This document shows, one piece after another, positions 34,129-38,031 of a stretch of 38,031 nt of DNA; position 1 is the stretch's first letter; each line of letters begins with the position of its first letter. The notes under the pieces were generated by a model. That model was given only the letters and a program-made list of their open reading frames with translations. It did no database searches and was not told the origin of the DNA. Location of the stretch: the NCBI GenBank assembly GCA_051453625.1, contig JBOZIK010000001.1:43650429-43688459 (forward strand), read 5' to 3'. Made by a program: the position numbers and the translations under genes. Source of the stretch: Welwitschia mirabilis. Lineage: Eukaryota.

Positions 34129-36384
34129 TGTAACATAATCTCATTCATCATATGAGGGTTGATGAATTTAAAAATTACCTAGTCCTTCATAACCTTGAAA
34201 TAAGCATGGAAAGTAAGGACTTAGTACACTTAAGATCTATAAAATTAAAATGACTTAGACCAACTAAGGAAATCACTCAATTCACAAAAGAACTTAAATA
34301 ATGTAGACTCACTAAGCATCAAAAATACAAAGTTATTCATGACTCGAAAACAAAATAAAAATGTACTTATATAAGTAAGATAAGATATGTTACATAAATA
34401 TAAAAAGAGCAAAGTTGGAAAAGACTCATTAGACTATCTTTGTAATAATCTCACAATCTTAAAAATGATTGAGAAGGCCATGATGTCTTAGTGCTCCAAG
34501 GACTCTATTTTTTTACCAAAATGAAAATGTTATAATAGAGGGATCAAGGCTATTTTATAGGTAAAGATGAGATGGGGAATGGTTACAAGTTTTTTTATTA
34601 TAGCATTAGATAATTGGTTGTAAATATGGAATGTAGCATTAGATGAGACATTTTTCATCTTACATTAGGTAGAAACTATCAGTATGAGCCTAACACTTAG
34701 CTTCTAGATGTCGTTATTTTCATTAACCACTATTGTAGCCATGTGTCATAGTCAGTAATGCCACATGTTACTACTACATCTCATACTTATCATAGCTAAA
34801 TGTCATAAAAAATGCAAGTTACTTCCAATGTAAAGTTTAATTAAGTCCATAACTAAATTTGGTTTAATTTCATATGACAAGTTAAGAATGTGAATTTGCA
34901 AGTAGTTTGCATAAAAGAACTTGGAGTGCTAGTTGAGTTGGATGATAATGTGAGTTATTCAAGCTAAATGTTCATCATTTTAAACCATCTTCTTCAAAGT
35001 GTGATAAATATCATGAAAATGTAATGGGAAGATGAAAAGTACAAGATTAATATAAAAAAGTAATAGAATACATGTTTTTATGATAAATCAATTAAATTAA
35101 TATTTTCATTAAGATAAATTAGTTAATTAACTTAGTTATAATGTCAATTTTTACATGTTAATATATGTACTCTAAAATCTCGATACAAAAAATTTGTTAC
35201 TAGATAAATAGTATTAAAAGAAATCATATGAGAGGGATCTAAAAAGTATTAAAAATATCCTTTATTAACATAGATACATGTAAAACATTATGGAAATGTC
35301 TCATAGTTGGGAGTCAAGCCAAATAATAGGGCATGAAAACAATCCCTTTTAGAATCTCATGAGATCTTATAAAATGAGGGGATAACTTAGCCCTCCTAAT
35401 GCCTTTATAAATTCTTATGATACTTGATACTTTGAAAATACATGATCTCTAACAAAAATTCAAGAGCTAACCTCCTTTGATTGACATTCTTCTTTTGTTT
35501 AACAAATATGTTCTTAACCTAAACTCTAATTTTCTTGACTTTATTTTTTTAAACTTAAACTAATATAGGATCTAAACCAAGGTGATCTTCTTTAGCATTC
35601 TGAGAAGCTGGTGTTTGATAGGTCCTATAATATGAAACTTCAAAAGAATCCATTCTAACAGAGGCTTGAGAAATGTTGTTATAAGATAATTATATAAAAG
35701 GGGAAAATTCATCATATAATTTTGGATTGTTTAAAATACAATATCATAAAAGATCTTTAGGAAGATAATTAACTCTTTTATCTTAGCCATGAATTGGGGA
35801 TGATAAGAAGAACTAATATTTAAGATGACACTAATATATTCTTGAAGTGTCTTCCAAAATTAATAAGTAATCCTTTCATCTTGATCTGATATGATCTTGT
35901 TAGAGACCTCATGAAGTCTAACCACCTCTTGAAGATAAAGATTCTTTATTTCTTTTGCACTAAAAGTCATCTTCAAAGGTATAAAATGAGTGGCTTTAAT
36001 CAAATGTTTAACTATCATCATAACAGCATCCCAATCCTTTAAAGTTATGAGAATTTGTACTATGAAATCCATATAAATTTCTTTTCATTTTTACTGTAAA
36101 ATGATAATGGGATATAATAAGCTAGTTGGGTGTTGATGTTAGGCCTTAATTTTCTAGTCATTTAGTCATTTACTCATATATTCTGCTACATTGTAATAGA
36201 TGCTAAGCCTCTAAAAGCTATAAGCCACATCTTAAAACATGTTATCTCCTCTAGGATAACTACCTATTGAGGCTATATGATGCTCATATAAGATTATTTT
36301 GTGAAGATTTTCATAAGAGGAAATGTATAACTAATTCCTAAAATATAGCAAGCCATCTAGATTCAAGCTAAAATCTTCATCTCC
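34129..36384 (-). mobile_element. Chromovirus (Tekay/Del-like) Ty3/Gypsy fragment: integrase, PPT region, probable 3' LTR
   Basis: Integrase motifs, then a decayed ATCTC..GAGAT hairpin and AAAAGGGA tract (~35343-35366). Candidate LTR ~35338-34129 ends GTTACA on the minus strand. Confidence 0.7.
35400..36384 (-). pseudogene. pol: Decayed chromovirus-type integrase
   Basis: ORF 35860-36072 MDFIVQI...DAVMMIVKHLIKATHFIP...EVVRLHEVSNKIISDQDER matches the MDFV...DAIWVIVDRLTKSAHFIP...EIVRLHGVPxSIVSDRDPR consensus. Confidence 0.85.
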
Positions 36385-36802
36385 NNNNNNNNNNNNNNNN
36401 NNNNNNNNNNNNNNNNNNNNNNNNNNNNNNNNNNNNNNNNNNNNNNNNNNNNNNNNNNNNNNNNNNNNNNNNNNNNNNNNNNNNCTTTAATTATATAGAT
36501 TATGAGGGCAGCTTTTGTTAAGGCTGAGCTTAATTAGATTAGGTGCATCGTTGTTTATTTTTATAGATTAATTTTCATTAGCATTTTTTAAATTCCATAC
36601 AACGAAATTTAATTCAATAGATTAGGGTTACATATTTCTCTTTGAAATCAACTCTTTATTATCCATACCATTAGCCTTTAATGGAATTACGACATTCAAA
36701 TCACTTTGTCTATACTAGCGTGTTGTATTTTACATCTTATTTATAATTAACAGGATTGAGATCAAAGCATGAAACATTACACAAATACATACCACAATAA
36801 AT

Positions 36803-36820
36803 TAGTGCTATTACCGGGAA
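36803..36820 (+). promoter_or_regulatory. Degenerate PBS (tRNA-Asp type) of element E
   Basis: TAGTGCTATTACCGGGAA lies 3 nt after the LTR end ACCACAATA and differs from the consensus by transitions. Confidence 0.75.
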
Positions 36821-37104
36821 AGGCTAATTGGAAATCAAGAGTTGTCATTGCTTCGGTGGATATTCCGGATATTTGTTGCAGCATCGGTATACCAGTACCC
36901 TTTGTAAGTATTTTTATTTCAGTTTTTTTCTTTTGTTTTTTTACTAACCACTAACGTCTCCTCAGTTGCCCAAACGTTAAAGTTAGATGACAAATCCCTT
37001 TTCTGGTTTTTTACTTGTTTTTCTATGTTTTTTGTCTCTGTGTTTTTTGTCTCAGGTATTGTCTGGATGACATACAGGACAATGCACAAGATATCACTGA
37101 AACT

Positions 37105-38031
37105 GAATGGTTAAGATCGAAAAAGATGAAAAATATCAAAGAGAGTGACAATTCATTATAGAAAATATCCGAGAAGGTTTGCTTAATTTTGAATTTGAAA
37201 ATTAAAACAGCATAGGTACGTAGACTTTAAAATTTTTTGAAATTTCTGATTGTAATTCTACAAGTGAATCTGATTTCAATTTTGAAGAATTTAATACAAT
37301 GTTGACCTCTCATCAAAAACAACTTATCTTGCCAAATTCACCACCTGTCATTGGAACTATTACTCGTACTCCTTCTCAACCAAATACTCGTGTGACTTTG
37401 AGAGATCTCATAGCTAATAAATAACTTAAAATTCAAAACCCCTTTGACTTACCTCTTGGCGATAACGTAGAACTGAAAAACCTGAACGCTTATCCCACCT
37501 TTAAAGGAGAACCTGATGAAGACCCCCTACAACACATCGCAGAAATAAAACAACTAGTCCTTATATCCGGCAATGGTAAGAAACGTATCACTGATAGAAC
37601 TTATATGATTATCTTTCTTATGACTTTGCGAGATAAGGCTAAAATTTGGCTTAGGACAATCCCTCATAAAAGCCTAAAATCTTAGAGCCAAGTTCANNNN
37701 NNNNNNNNNNNNNNNNNNNNNNNNNNNNNNNNNNNNNNNNNNNNNNNNNNNNNNNNNNNNNNNNNNNNNNNNNNNNNNNNNNNNNNNNNNNNNNNNAAAC
37801 GCTTATACTACCTTTAGAGGAGAAACTGATGAAGACCCCTTACAACACATCGCAGAAATAGAACAACTCGTCCTTACGTCCAGCAATGGTAAGAAATGCA
37901 TAACCGATAAAACTTATATGATCATCTTTCCCATGACTTTGTGAGAGAAGGCTAAAATTTGGCTTAGGACAATTCCTTATAAAAGCTTAAAATCTTGGAG
38001 CCAAGTTCAAGAGGCCTTTGACAAATGATTC
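37105..38031 (+). pseudogene. gag: Decayed gag N-terminal region of element E
   Basis: TLRDLIANK*LKIQNPFDLP...AYPTFKGEPDEDPLQHI...IFLMTLRDKAKIWLRTIP matches the retrotransposon gag motif FxGxxxEDPxxH...FPxxLxDKAKxW. Confidence 0.85.

Larger units (their letters stand above)
36485..38031 (+). mobile_element. Athila-like element E, 5' part (LTR 3' end, PBS, leader, gag start)
   Basis: LTR tail 36485-36799 matches ~33187-33500. A PBS follows, and gag is homologous to 2150-2760 (inverted). Confidence 0.88.

Noticed and set aside
1..38031. Assigning a host species
   Set aside because: The TE lineages indicate a land plant, but nothing in the window supports a species-level call without a database search.

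Overview
AT-rich, strongly CpG-depleted plant-type nuclear DNA from a draft scaffold with eight N gaps. It is almost entirely a nest of old, decayed LTR retrotransposons; I found no host gene, RNA gene or CRISPR array. Contents: (1) several Ty3/Gypsy Athila-like elements with tRNA-Asp PBS and LTRs bounded by TGTT...CAACA, including a structurally complete ~15.3 kb copy (8561-23875) with an intact GTATG target-site duplication inside an older LTR; (2) a Ty1/Copia Sirevirus-like element (~24002-31415) with tRNA-iMet PBS, decayed gag-pol and an extra 3' ORF; (3) a chromovirus/Tekay-like integrase plus probable LTR on the minus strand (34129-36384); (4) solo or partial LTRs. The most interesting signal is a parallel architecture in the Gypsy and Copia elements. 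Both carry a similar extra 3' ('env-like') ORF, and each has its own array of CpG-cored palindromes in the LTR and beside that ORF. Two divergent Athila copies also share a putative intron just upstream of the ORF. All alignments and translations were done by eye, so boundaries and identities are approximate.
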